A stretch of 63,762 bases of DNA, the filler included, from Octopus bimaculoides (lineage: Eukaryota): assembly GCF_001194135.2 (NCBI RefSeq). It is 6 parts of 5 records of this genome, joined end to end, with 100 filler letters (N's around TTAATTAATTAA, not from the genome) between each part and the next. Parts side by side here need not be neighbours in the genome. Positions count along the whole stretch, not along the records: positions 37,921 to 61,804 come from NC_068981.1; positions 61,905 to 63,762 come from NW_026431559.1; 4 more parts are not named here. One strand, written 5' to 3'. The translations under genes were made by a program, and so were the position numbers. The notes beneath the pieces are model-generated. The model made no database searches. It was not told the origin of the DNA and saw nothing but the letters and a program-made list of their open reading frames with translations. How positions within the stretch are numbered: the first letter of the stretch is position 1; every line of letters begins with the position of its first letter. Positions 51,280 to 63,762 of the stretch are shown in pieces.

Positions 51280-53656
51280 CCATCGTAATACAGTGTAAGT
51301 AAAAATGCACCGGAGTCTTTAGCCATCTGTTAAGTTACAAGGATCTCAGACAGATAATACTTTCCTTAAGATGTGCGCTGTGCCAATTAAGGCTGCTTTT
51401 TGCAAGACATCAGTCTTGCATGGGATTTCCAGTTGCCTTAAGAAATCTTGAAGTTTCAATGAGATTGAGCCCAACGCTCTGATCACCACTGGTATCACTT
51501 TTACATTATCCTCTCGCATTCCATACAATCTTACCATTTCCACTTTCAATTCGGAGTACTTGATGATTTTTTCAACCTCTTTACTCACAACATTCATGTC
51601 ATTTGGTATGGCTACATCAATGATCTGACAGTATTTGTCTCTCTTATTCAATATGACAATATCCGGCCGACGGTGTTTGATTACACGATCCGTCTGAAAA
51701 TCATAGTCCCAGAGTATCGCTACTTTTCCATCTTCCTGCATAACTTTACTTGGTACATGCTATTACCAGTTCTCTGTTACTTCATATTGGTATTTACGGC
51801 ATAAGAGCCAATGAAGATACACACACACTTTATCGTGGCAGCATTTGTATCCACTTACCAAGTGGGTCACATTTTCTACACTCCTTTCCACAGAGTCAGA
51901 CGTTTTCTAGATGTTATACTTCACTGAATTGGTAATGAGAGCCTGATCCTGTGCAGCAATGATCAGGTTTTCGGTGTTACGCTCAAGCCATGCCCACGAT
52001 GCTGTATTATCCTTAACCTCTTGTGTATTCCTTTTAAACTGTCCATGCATTCTCATTTCAAGATCTTTTCTCTTCTCCTCAGCTCTTTGGTTAAACTCTG
52101 CTTTGCCCATCATTTCATCTCCATTTACATCCATATCTTTCACGGCATATTGCAGCAGGTTTCATCACTATTTATCAAATACTCGGCAAGCGTTCTCCTT
52201 TCATTCCTTATACAATGGTCTACACTAATTTGTCCTCTGCCACCATTCTTTCTTTTCATATACAGTCTGTTTACGTTTGCTTTAGAGTGTAGCGTCCCAT
52301 GCAGCGTCATCAACTTTCTCGTCCTGCTAACCCGTGTTGATATTTCCTCCTTAGTCCATTTGAGGATGGATGCATTATATCTGACCGCCGCAACTCCCCA
52401 GATATTCATTGCGGTAATCAAATTTTTGGCATTCATGTTGGATTTCAACACCATTTTCACCCTTTTTTGATACGCCTCACTGACCTCGACTTTCATTTCT
52501 CTGTGTAGAATGTCATCCAGCTTCAAAATCCCTAAGTATTTGTACCCACTACCATCGGATTCACCCATGGTCTCTCCTGATGGCAGCCGCAATCCTCTGA
52601 AATCTGCGTTCTTCCCTCTTTTCATATTTAGTACTGAGCATTTGGTGATTTCAAATTCCATACCGACGTCTCTACCACACTTCTGGACTGTTTTGGCTAA
52701 GGAATCTATCTGTTTTTTCAGATTTCCCAAACAATTTCAGGTCATCCATAAGCAGAAGATGGTTGAATGATGGGCCTTTCTTCCCACATCGGTAACCCAT
52801 CTTAACTTTCCTAAGTGTTATTGCTATGAGTATTAGTGCAATTGCATTGCAAAAAAGTAATGGAGAAAATGAGGCACCTTGGAAGATACCCCTTTTAATA
52901 TTAACTTCTCCAAGGAATGCGTTACTTGAGTACAATTTGGTTTTCCACTCTTTTATGCTATGCATCAGAAAATTTGTTGTCAGCAACACCAAACATCAGC
53001 AGACATTCAACGATTCAATGCCTTCTTAAATCAGTCCTGTTTTTACAATGCCTCAAAACTGTTTTATCGATGATCATGTGATCCTTGGTACCCCGAGAAC
53101 TCTTCCTACATCCTTTCTGTCCCCTTGTTAGTATTTCTTCCTTGTTCCAGGAAAGTATATGTCTTTGCCGCACATATTCCAGTGAGTATCTTCTAGATTA
53201 TGTTTAGGCAGTTTCTCACAATATTCCCCTTTCTTCTATCTTTCATTACAAGTTTTGTCCTCCCAGTCACCATCCACGCGGGGACTATACCTTTCTGGAC
53301 GCACCCATTCAATTGGGCTGTTAGTCTTTCATGCACGGCGTGGCATCTCTTCAGCCGGAAGCCATGAATCTCACCTGGTCCAGGGGATTTCCAGTTAGGC
53401 ACTTTACCCACTTGTTCTTTCACATCACCCGTGCTTATGGCAATATTCCTTTGTTTCTTTCCTCCTTGTAATTCTGTCTTGATAGTTCCTATCCACATTA
53501 CATCCCTTTTATGCACCACATTGTTTCCCAATAATTCGCTCCAGGACTCCTTGGCTTGATTTGCATCAGGAACATTTTCCCAATTGTCTCCTTCTAACGT
53601 TCAGAAGAATTGCTTCAGGTTATTTTTGAACAATCTGTTCTTCCCGAACTGCTTAA

Positions 53657-53657
<1 letters not shown>
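51280..53657 (-). mobile_element. 5'-truncated R4/Dong-like LINE (RT, CCHC remnant, restriction-like endonuclease), about 2.4 kb
   Basis: NWKSPGPGEIHGF, IKRGIFQGASFSPLLFC, NHLLLMDDLKLF, YKYLG, AINIW..RY, RLYMKRKNGGRG, ILWDYDFQTDRVIKHRRPDIV..IIDVAIPND..KEVEKIIKY..VIPVVIRALG. (TAA)n on both sides. Frameshifted. Confidence 0.95.
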
Positions 53658-53714
<57 letters not shown>

Positions 53715-53810
53715 GATTATTATTATTATTATTATTGGTAGAATTGATAATGCGCCAGAAAAGTTGCTTGACGGCATTTTGTCCCTCTTTATTCTTGAGT
53801 TCAATAAAGA

Positions 53811-53862
<52 letters not shown>

Positions 53863-53887
53863 TAATTATTATTGTTGCTTTTTTCAG

Positions 53888-54025
53888 TTTCGGGATGCTG
53901 CATGATGGTGAGAACAATTTCTGCACCCAACATGTTGGCAAAATCATGTCTCCTCAGTTGGTCGCCAAAAATGGTCGATTCGAGTGGTCGAGCTGCAGCA
54001 AGTCATACATGTTTAGATTCCTCAA
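53888..54025 (+). CDS. ADAMTS16/18: ADAMTS16/18-like exon, 138 nt, phase 2/2, third zinc His and Met-turn
   Basis: ttttcag|T...CTCAA|gtaagt. Translates (N)FGMLHDGENNFCTQHVGKIMSPQLVAKNGRFEWSSCSKSYMFRFL, completing HEIGHNFGMLHD and containing IMSP and WSxCS. Confidence 0.97.
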
Positions 54026-54781
54026 GTAAGTTGACCAACAAATCAATGACTTGTGCCCAAAGTTATCCCTTACAATCCAATTTTCTCGCCTCCTCCCTGT
54101 CATCTTCAGATTACATCGTTCTCCCCGTCGTTTGCTCCCTACTCGTGATTACCGTCATCATCATTGTCATCATCATATCCATCGTCGTCACTAACTGGTT
54201 TCTTCCCCCAATATATTTAATGCCTTTTGAAGTTACAAACTACATTTTCCTTTCCTGTATAAAAATCCGACCCTTTACCTTGGAGAAACACAGAATATAT
54301 TAAATAAATACAAGAATTGACTATATAAACAAAAATGACTTCATCCCTTTTTTCATAAAAGTGATGGATCCAAACAAGCAAACAAATAATAAAGACCTAC
54401 TTTTTCATATGACTCAGGGCTTCGAGCAAAGATTTTTTTAAAAGCGTGAGATCGAGAAGATAAATCAATGTGAATAAAGACAGATTTTCAAAAGATTGTA
54501 TGCTAGGGATAAGTGATTGGGAAGGGGATAATATATGTAGGTTTGTAGGTGACAAGTTTGAATGCTTCAATGAACTCCCATTCCATAACGTTTGTTTGAT
54601 CATATTTAGTGACAGCTGCTTATATGCTTTACTACTCTTGAAGTCATCGAACTCTAACCTTGAATAATTGACCTTTTCTGACAGTTGGATAATTAATTCA
54701 ACAAATGAAGCACTGAATGGGTTTTTTCCAAACTTATGTAAATGGCCCAGTGACCTTTTAAAATGTTCTTCGTGTGTGTAC

Positions 54782-54816
<35 letters not shown>

Positions 54817-54826
54817 NNNNNNNNNN

Positions 54827-54874
<48 letters not shown>

Positions 54875-55997
54875 ATGTATGTACGAAATGGTGATAAAAA
54901 AGAAATTAGACAAACAGATACGCAATATCCCACATGAAAGCATCTATTGTATTTGACACCTAACAATAATTCTCCAAAACTTTATTTACAAGCGAAGAAG
55001 GAATTACAACCGTTTCCAAATTGATATCTGATTCTTTTTTCATACTCATTGTTTTAATGAGAAAGGTGAATTGATCGCCTTAAACAACCAAAATGATATA
55101 GCTTTCGGAAAATTTTGCGATTCGAAAACAGGCATGGATTGTAATATTTACACATGCACACATGCATAAAGATAGACATACAGACATATGCATATACACG
55201 TGAACGTATATATCTATGTGTGCATATGTGTGTATATGTATACTTATGTATATATATACGTGCATGTACAACAAAGTAGAATAATGGCATACAAGGTTAG
55301 ACAACTGTTGTTCTATTGAAGTGTATTGAGACAGAAATACCTGTCGCTAGTTGTCTTTATGTATCCAGGCACTAAAGCTGTCTTGCTTAAAAACTTGTCA
55401 ATTATGGAGAATACTTGTGTCTTGAGATTATCCCCCTTTATCGTTTTGATCTGGTTCCAATTGCTATCAGGCGATGGTTTTTACCTTTTCTGAATGTGAA
55501 GGTAACTATCAATAAATATGGATTTATTTTGTATGGCGCTTAATATAACTTTATTCGTATTTGTTGTTCAAATATATGTTACTGACTAGACTGGCTTATT
55601 TTGCGCAAGCCATTTTCATGTGCACGCGTGCGTGTGCGTAGATAGATAAATAGATAGCTATGCATATATGCATGCGTGTAGATATGTATGCGTACATACA
55701 TATTCAGGTTCCTACACACAGAGAAAATTTTGGATTTCTATTTTACTATATTCAGACATTGTTTTACTTAAACAGGATGTTATACTTCTCAACCAAACGT
55801 AAATTGCGGTTTCATTATTGCTCTATCTTATAGAAATATTTTCCATTCCACTATCATTCATCATTTGCACTTTTTGAAATGCAGAGGTGGAATAATGATT
55901 TACAACGGTATACATAATCAGAAAGTGCAAGCGTGTGCATATGCTTAAAAAAATTACTAGAATAATAAATTTTAAACGCTTACAAAATTATTTCTAG

Positions 55998-56408
55998 TGC
56001 GCCGGAGTAGCTGTGTGGTAAGTAGCTTGCTTACCGACCACATGGTTCCGGGTTCACTCCCACTGCGTGGCACCTTGGGTAAGTGTCTTCTACTATAGCC
56101 TCGGACCGACCAAAGCCTTGTGGGTGGATTTGTTAAACGGAAACGGAAACTGAAAGAAGCCCGTCGTATATATGTTTATATATATATGTATGTGTGTTTG
56201 TGTGTCTGTGTTTGTTTCCCCCAACATCGCTTGACAACCGATGCTGGTGTGTTTACGTCCCCGTAACTTAGCGGTTCGGCAAAAAGAGACCGATAGAATA
56301 AGTACTAGGCTTCCAATGAATAAGTCCTGGGGTCGATTTGCTCGACTAAAGGCGGTGCTCCAGCATGGCCGCAGTCAAATGACTGAAACAAGTAAAAGAG
56401 TAAAAGAG
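55998..56408 (+). mobile_element. SINE family A, full length
   Basis: Complete head, core, (TA/TG)n linker and tail ...gactgaaacaagtaaaagagtaaaagag. Confidence 0.95.
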
Positions 56409-57339
56409 TGCACATCTTCCCTCCTCTTTTTCATACACACACCAACACTCATTCCCTCTTACTCCTTTTTTCTCCTCCGTGCAAACTATTCCTCATTTTC
56501 TATAACGTTTTCCTACTTCTACTTCACTTTCTTATCTTTAACGCTTGGCCTCAAAGTTGAGTCATGTTCTGTGATGACACATGCCAAAATGTATGTCTAC
56601 TCTTAAGACCTCCTCTTTCTATCCAAATGCAAGCACATGATGAAATGGCGGTGCCTGCACGGAGGAAAAGAGAAGATATACTCCAAGCTGGGTTCCAACT
56701 GAAAATTAATATAGTTTACACAAACGAGATATTCTCTCGGCCCGAGCTTTGCAAACTCATTAAGTTTTTCGTCTGTTATTCTGCTCTATGCATATACAAC
56801 CGCTGGTGCACACGTGGATGGACATCTCGTATATACATATAGATAAAAATATAAATATAAATTTAAATTTATGTATGTATGTATGTATGTATTCAGTAGT
56901 ATGCCTTGATGCAATACACTTATCAAATACGACTCCGTATCCAGATAAGCATTCCACGTCTATTCCCATATTGCATTATAACTGTATTATTCAAATAGGA
57001 GTGGCCTAGATTGTTATTAAACTTGAATCATATATTATTAGAAAATTATCACAAACCATTTATTGAAATTTCGAAAACATTTGGCTGTATAACTTGTTAT
57101 GACAGTAAAACCCTCATCAGTCGATTACAAAAAAAATATATCGATGGTATGGAGTTTTTTTCTATACATGATAGTAAACAGGGGGAAAATGCTTACACCA
57201 TGGGAAAAATCAGAAACAAAATCGAGAAAGATGAAAAGAGAGAAAGATAAAAGGTACGAAACATCAGCTGAACAAATATCAAAGGAAGGCGAAGAACGAT
57301 AAAAATGAAATGAAAATACGTTCTATTGATCGATCGATA

Positions 57340-57340
57340 A

Positions 57341-57375
<35 letters not shown>

Positions 57376-57377
57376 GG

Positions 57378-57470
<93 letters not shown>
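57340..57470. repeat. (GACA)n/(GATA)n tetranucleotide repeat
   Basis: Direct observation. Confidence 0.95.
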
Positions 57471-57471
<1 letters not shown>

Positions 57472-57599
57472 CCTCTGCGATAGAAATCTCCTGGTTTTCT
57501 GATTGGGTAAAAATGATCAAACTTTAAATCTCCGTAACATTTTTATGAAATTTTCCGGGAATAAATGAATCACAAAATCGGATTCAGTGTGAAAAAGTA

Positions 57600-58085
57600 C
57601 CGTAAATCCTCGAGTATAGTCCGCCCTTGCGTATAATACGCAGGGGATTTTTAGGAGGCTGTACCTCTGAAAAACCTAAACCTTGTGTATAATACGCACC
57701 CCTTCTCTAACTTGAGTCAAGGAGATCTATATAACGTCCTTGGTTTGTAAACATATATACGGTAACGTCCTTTGTTATTATTGTATATATAATATAATGT
57801 AAACGTGTAGCTTTTTTGTGCACTTTGTTTGCAGAAAATAAAGAAATAACGGTAATAACGTCAGTGAAAAATAAATATTAAGTAAATTGCCTTTACATAT
57901 TTATCACTATCAGTTACAAGCCCGACATCACAAAATGCGTCTGAATAAACATTGCCGGACAGAAAATAGAGACTCGGATATTGCTTACAAAATATTTTTC
58001 ATTTTTAACCTCGTATATGGTATGCACTAGGGATTTTGACCTTTAAATTTTGGGAAAAAATGGGATTATTCTCGAGGATTTACAG
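57600..58085. mobile_element. Non-autonomous Tc1/mariner (pogo/Tc2-like) element, TA flanks
   Basis: TA|CCGTAAATCCTCGAG ... CTCGAGGATTTACAG|TA, with subterminal gtataatacgca repeats. Confidence 0.85.
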
Positions 58086-59091
58086 TACATCAAAATACCA
58101 AATTTGAAAATTTTCTCTTAATTTCAATATTTCAAAATCTATGACAGCAATAGAAATGATTACTCTCTCTGTCTATCTCTTTCATTTACGCTTTTCTCAT
58201 TGTAAACTTCCTCCTCTCTCTATATATATTTACCACACTCATTCCTTAGATATGTATATCACTCAGGCTGTGTGTGCGTGTGTGTGTGTGTGTGTGTGTG
58301 CACGCGCGTCCGTGCGTTCGTGTGTGTAAGGAATTTTATTAGACTGACAGAGTCGAAAGATCCTTACAAAAGCATCAGCAGCGAAGTGATAAGATCCTTA
58401 CATCTATGCACCAAATTGAAACACAAAAATTTAGTTTATCGATACATAATAAATTGCCCCAAATAATGCAGCAATCTGCCTTGATCAAGAGGCCTATACG
58501 TTTGAGAAGATATGGTCTGACATAGAACAAAAAAATTGAACCATGGGTATTCTATCGTGAAAATTGCCCGGCAACGACGGAATACTCAGCGAAAAGAAGT
58601 AGGACTTGCATATATATGTGGAAATACGCAAGTATCCGTAGAGTGTATACAAAAGAATTTTTATACGAGAAGATGGAATGAACAGGCTTAGTTGTATCAG
58701 CGCATCATTTGTAGTGATTTCTAATACAGCCTGTTCGTGACTGATCAGATGTACTTATAAAGACATTTCCATTCTCTAGATAGTTTCTCAGCCAAAGCTA
58801 AAGAGCAACCATCAGCCCATGAGGTGAATTATCCTGCACTAGACTGCGTTTGCTATTTATTTCTGTGATAGATGCTTACTAATAAGTTCGAAAAAGTACT
58901 TTTAGGGTTCTAATAACACTTGCATTCTATTGTATAATAGATAGACATTGACCAAATGCTGCGTTTATCCGTCCTTTTAACGGGTTTTGTTTTGTCTTAC
59001 GATGTTTCTCCTCTCAAGGCTAACATAGGAGAGGTATTCTTTGGGTTAGTCACCGACGAACTGACCGTTGCCAGCTGTGTTGACAAGTGAA

Positions 59092-59127
<36 letters not shown>

Positions 59128-60157
59128 AACAACTTACACACATACGCAGAGACACATATATGCATACACACACGTATAAACATACATAAACATACACACA
59201 CATACTCACGCACACAAATGCACACACCTAAACTTGCTTTCGCCTACGTGTATATGATGCACAATGTTTTGCAATTATAACATATGGACATTAAAAACAA
59301 AACAAAAAAACTTGAAAAAGAGACCTAAACCACTGAAAAAATACTGAATATTTACTTAAAGTCTCTTGGAGAAAAAGTGGAATATGTAAACAAACAGCGG
59401 TTGCATTAAAGCTACAAAAATAAAACTCATACATAGTCGTACGCATGTACAATTGTCCAATTGCCCATAGTTTACATGTTTTCCATATGCTTTCTTTTAA
59501 TCTTATTGAATGCATTATTTTATGAGTATATAATTCTTAATGAGCATTAATTAATGACTTAAGTAACTGACCGATTAATTACTTTGGTAATTAATTCATT
59601 CCTTATTTTTTCTTTCATTTATTCGTTTACCCACTCGAACAGTTTCCATGTTGGTCGGTAGTGCAAAATAACCGAATGCGTAAGAGAGGTGGATGAAGAA
59701 GAAACAATAATATTCTACATGTATGTGTCTACACAGACACACACCCAAATATGTGTGCGTGTGTGAGCTTATAACATATATATATGTGTTTTTGTATATA
59801 TATACATACATACATACATATATATATATATACACATACACCTATACATATACATATATATATATGTATAGTTATGTGTATGTATATATATATTTATGTG
59901 TATGTATATGTATATATGTGTATGTATATATATTTATGTGTATGTATATGTATATATGTGTATGTATATANNNNNNNNNNNNNNNNNNNNNNNNNNNNNN
60001 NNNNNNNNNNNNNNNNNNNNNNNNNNNNNNNNNNNNNNNNNNNNNNNNNNNNNNNNNNNNNNNNNNNNNNNNNNNNNNNNNNNNNNNNNNNNNNNTATAA
60101 TTAACTTACCTCTCACCTCCAATTGCTGGCTTTGTGCCCAAATCAGAAAATAATATA

Positions 60158-60200
<43 letters not shown>

Positions 60201-60661
60201 TTGTGTGTGTATGTATTCAAATATGAAATAGAAGCAACAGTAGTGTAATAAACGTCATGCTTAACGTACATGCAGTGTGTATTTGCCAGTAGGCTGTGAG
60301 ATAGCGTGGTAACCATTACTCTCTCAAAGTGCTGGGTGTTAAGAAATCAGAGAGTGTAGGACAGGTGAGATAACTTACCCAGATCCCATTCAGGATTGAT
60401 GGACATCGACGTTTCGCTATTTTTGTGGTTTATCAATATCACGTACCCTAACCGAATCGGAGATGAATTATAGCGCCAGTCCATGATTTATATGTGTATA
60501 GTGTGAAAAATATGTGCTGGTATGCCTGGACAATGCATACATAAGAATACCAGCACATACTTTTCACTCAATCCCCAACACACCGAATCGCATCCTACCG
60601 GCAAATACGCAACGCGTCTGCGTTAAGTATATGTAGTCGATAATGTTTATCTATACATATG

Positions 60662-61045
60662 AAGGCGCAGGCCTGGCTGTGTGATTAAGAAGTTTTGCAA
60701 CCATGTGGTTTCAGATTCAGTCTCAATGCGTGGCATCTTCGGCAGGTGTCTTTTACTATAGCCCCGGGTCGACCAGCACTTTGTAAGTGAAACTGTGTGG
60801 AAGCCCGTCGATATGTGTGTGTGCGTGTGTGTGTTTGTGTATCTTTATGCCTTTGTCCCTATCCCACATTTTGATAACCGGTGTTGGTGTGTTTACGCCT
60901 CAATTGTAATTCTGCAAAATCGGCTGGTAAAATAAGTACCAGGATTAAAAATAAGTCAAGAGGTTGATTTGTTCGATTAAAATCCTTCAAATTAGTGCCC
61001 CAGCATGGCTGCAGTCCAATGACAAAAATAAGTACAAGATAAAAA
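60662..61045 (+). mobile_element. SINE family A (diverged)
   Basis: gaaggcgcaggcctggctgtgtgattaagaag...gtcttttactatagccccggg...gcatggctgcagtccaatgac. Confidence 0.8.
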
Positions 61046-61074
61046 GATGTATGTATGTATGTATATATTTCAAC

Positions 61075-61165
61075 TCCGGCTCCTGACGTTCTGAGTTGAA
61101 ATGCCGTCGAGACTGACTTTGCTTTTCATCCTTTCGAGGTCGATAAATTAAGTACCAAATGAGAA
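61075..61165 (+). mobile_element. SINE family B fragment
   Basis: gttctgagttgaaatgccg...ctttgcttttcatcctttcgaggtcgataaattaagtacca. Confidence 0.75.
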
Positions 61166-61172
61166 AATAATG

Positions 61173-61221
<49 letters not shown>

Positions 61222-61268
61222 TAACAACAACAACAACAACAACAATAATAATAATAATAATAATGATA

Positions 61269-61334
<66 letters not shown>

Positions 61335-61336
61335 GG

Positions 61337-61804
61337 TTATAAAATATTTGATAAAAATATAAATCATCTCATTTACAATGCTTATAAAATATTTGATAAA
61401 AAATATAAATCATCTCATTTACAATGCTTATAAAATATTTGATAAAAATATAAATCATCTCATTTACATGGATGATTTAAATCTCTTTGCAAAAAATGAC
61501 CAATAGCTCAAAGGCCTGCTAGCGATTGTTAAACAATTCAGTGATGACATCAGGATGCAATTTGGCCTTGATAAATGTGCAAAAGCTACCTTTATCAAAG
61601 GAAAAATGACAAATACATCTAATGTGAACCTTGACCAGCAAAATGTCATAAAAGAGTTAGAACCAGCGGAGAGCTACAAATACCTAGGGGTAATTGAAGG
61701 GGACAATATCAAGCACTCAGTGATGAGGGAAAGGATCAGAAGAGAATGTTATCGCAGGGTGAGAGCAATACTGAAGACAGAGCTGAACGCGAGAAACAGG
61801 ATCG
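61337..61804 (+). mobile_element. R4/Dong-like LINE fragment starting at the RT YMDD region, with a triplicated 5' junction
   Basis: YKIFDKNINHLIYMDDLNLFAKND...FSDDIRMQFGLDKCAKA...YKYLG...LKTELNARNRI. Preceded by (AAT)n and cut by a join. Confidence 0.93.
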
Positions 61805-62394
61805 NNNNNNNNNNNNNNNNNNNNNNNNNNNNNNNNNNNNNNNNNNNNTTAATTAATTAANNNNNNNNNNNNNNNNNNNNNNNNNNNNNNNNNNNNNNNN
61901 NNNNACAACAACAACAACAACAACAACAGTAAAAGTAATTTCTTTTATTTGATGAGGGGTACATTACAAAGGCAGTTCACAATTTCGGGGTAGGGGTGCA
62001 TAAAAAGACGAGAGGAAGAATGGAGAGGAGAGAGGTAAGGTAAACAGTATACATAGTATTCATAATATGTTAACACATGAATGATGTAGTCCTCCTAATT
62101 TAGAGAAGCCTTGAACTAAGATCAGTCAGGCAACCCCACAGATATGGGATCGTTTTAATCACTAAGAGCACAAGCTCTCCCCCAACTGTTGTTCTCCAAT
62201 CTACATGCACATACTTGGAGTAGTTCCATTCATCCGAACCTATTTTGCTACAGTCACCCACCCTTTGGCAAATTCTCTGAGCAGAACACTTCCTTCTCCA
62301 TCCTCGTTTTCCTTCCCAAATGGAACTTAAAAAACTGAATGAGGTTTGACCCAAAAAGACGTCTGCCTGCAATTCATTCAGCCTCACCCAACTG

Positions 62395-62608
62395 ATTCTA
62401 ATTTTGGTACAAGTTCAGTAATTTTTAGTTGGAGGGGTTAGTCGATTACATCGACCCCAATGTTTCACTGGTACTTAATTTATCGACCCCAAAAGGATGA
62501 AAAGTGAAGTCAACCTCGGCGGAATTTCAACTTAAAACGTAAAGACGGACGAAATACCGCTAAGTATTTTGCCTGACGTGCTAACGATTCTGGCAGCTCA
62601 CCGCCTTA
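62395..62608 (-). mobile_element. SINE family B
   Basis: Reverse complement of the full head and body. Confidence 0.85.
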
Positions 62609-62627
62609 ACAACAACAACAACAAAAC

Positions 62628-62686
<59 letters not shown>

Positions 62687-62687
<1 letters not shown>

Positions 62688-63414
62688 CTCTCTTTTACTC
62701 TTTTACTTGTTTCAGTCATTTTGACTGCGGCCATGCTGGAGCACCGCCATTAGTCGAGCAAATCGACCCCAGGACTTATTCTTTGTAAGCCTAGTACTTA
62801 TTCTATCGGTCTCATTTGCCGAACCGCTAAGTTACGGGGACGTAAACACACCAGCATCGGTTGTCAAGCGATGTTGGGGGGGGGACAAACACAGACACAC
62901 AAACATACGTACACATACATATATATATNNNNNNNNNNNNNNNNNNNNNNNNNNNNNNNNNNNNNNNNNNNNNNNNNNNNNNNNNNNNNNNNNNNNNNNN
63001 NNNNNNNNNNNNNNNNNNNNNNNNNNNNNNNNNNNNNNNNNNNNNNNNNNNNNNNNNNNNNNNNNNNNNNNNNNNNNNNNNNNNNNNNNNNNNNNNNNNN
63101 NNNNNNNNNNNNNNNNNNNNNNNNNNNNNNNNNNNNNNNNNNNNNNNNNNNNNNNNNNNNNNNNNNNNNNNNNNNNNNNNNNNNNNNNNNNNNNNNNNNN
63201 NNNNNNNNNNNNNNNNNNNNNNNNNNNNTATATATATATATATATACATATATACGACGGGCTTCTTTCAGTTTCCGTCTATCAAATCCACTCACAAGGC
63301 TTTGGTCGGCCCGAGGCTATAGTAGAAGACACTTGCCAAAGGTGCCACGCAGTGGGACTGAACCTAGAACCATGTGGTTGGTAGGCAAGCTATTTACCAC
63401 ACAGCCACTCCTAC
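62687..63414 (-). mobile_element. SINE family A (gap inside)
   Basis: Near-consensus tail at 62687-62920 and head/core at 63255-63414. Confidence 0.92.
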
Positions 63415-63449
63415 ATAATAATAATAATAATAGTAACAGCAATAATAAT

Positions 63450-63762
63450 AGTGGAAGTTATTGACTGGAATACTCGCCGAGTCAATGTACGAACATCTGG
63501 AAAAAAATGGAGTCCTGCCACATAAGCAGAAGGGTTGCAAGCATAAGTGCAGAGGTACCAAGGATCAACTCCTAATAGGCAAAACTGTACTTAAAGACTG
63601 CAAGAGAAGGAAAAGTAACTTAGCCATGTCATGGATCGACTATCGTAAGGAGTACGATATGATCCCACATTCTTGGATTATGGAATGTATGAACCTATTT
63701 GGTATAGCATCAAATGTTGAGCGATTGCTTGGAAAAAATATGGCGAATTGGAGGACGGACCT
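63450..63762 (+). mobile_element. R4/Dong-like LINE fragment (RT N-terminal part), runs off the window
   Basis: [42 protein letters not shown]...[20 protein letters not shown]. Preceded by (AAT)n. Confidence 0.93.

Noticed and set aside
54397-54780. About 125-codon non-repetitive minus-strand ORF segment
   Set aside because: No recognisable motif or convincing splice sites; possibly a TE remnant.
60378-60415. Possible minus-strand micro-exon (tag|CGAAACG...CTGG|gtaag)
   Set aside because: Splice-like signals only; the peptide matches neither AAAS nor anything I recognise.
61337-61468. CRISPR-like array
   Set aside because: Contiguous tandem units with no spacers, derived from LINE RT coding sequence in a eukaryotic genome.

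Overview
Gapped, AT-rich, microsatellite-dense animal scaffold. The SINE set looks like that of an octopod cephalopod (Octopus-like); this is recalled, not checked. Five artificial 100-bp joins (44 N + TTAATTAATTAA + 44 N) split it into six pieces whose adjacency is not guaranteed. Two host genes are partly present. Three consecutive minus-strand exons encode the WD40 nucleoporin Aladin (AAAS; 27928-28086, 27040-27123, 25859-25979). Three consecutive plus-strand exons encode the catalytic domain of an ADAMTS16/18-like metalloprotease (49280-49439, 50730-50835, 53888-54025). The rest is decayed mobile DNA: about 30 tRNA-derived SINE copies, seven R4/Dong-type LINE fragments (three abut (TAA)n), a CR1/L2-like LINE, a Ty3/gypsy gag remnant, Penelope-like RT/GIY-YIG remnants, Tc1/mariner fossils and MITEs. 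The most interesting signal is invisible in the ORF track: at least six minimal type-I hammerhead-ribozyme-like motifs in five unrelated sequence contexts. Two palindromic elements carry a hammerhead in each arm on opposite strands (30337-30923 and the window start), two motifs lie in the AAAS sense orientation, and one may be the tail of a tRNA-headed SINE. All folds were read by eye; none was computed or tested.
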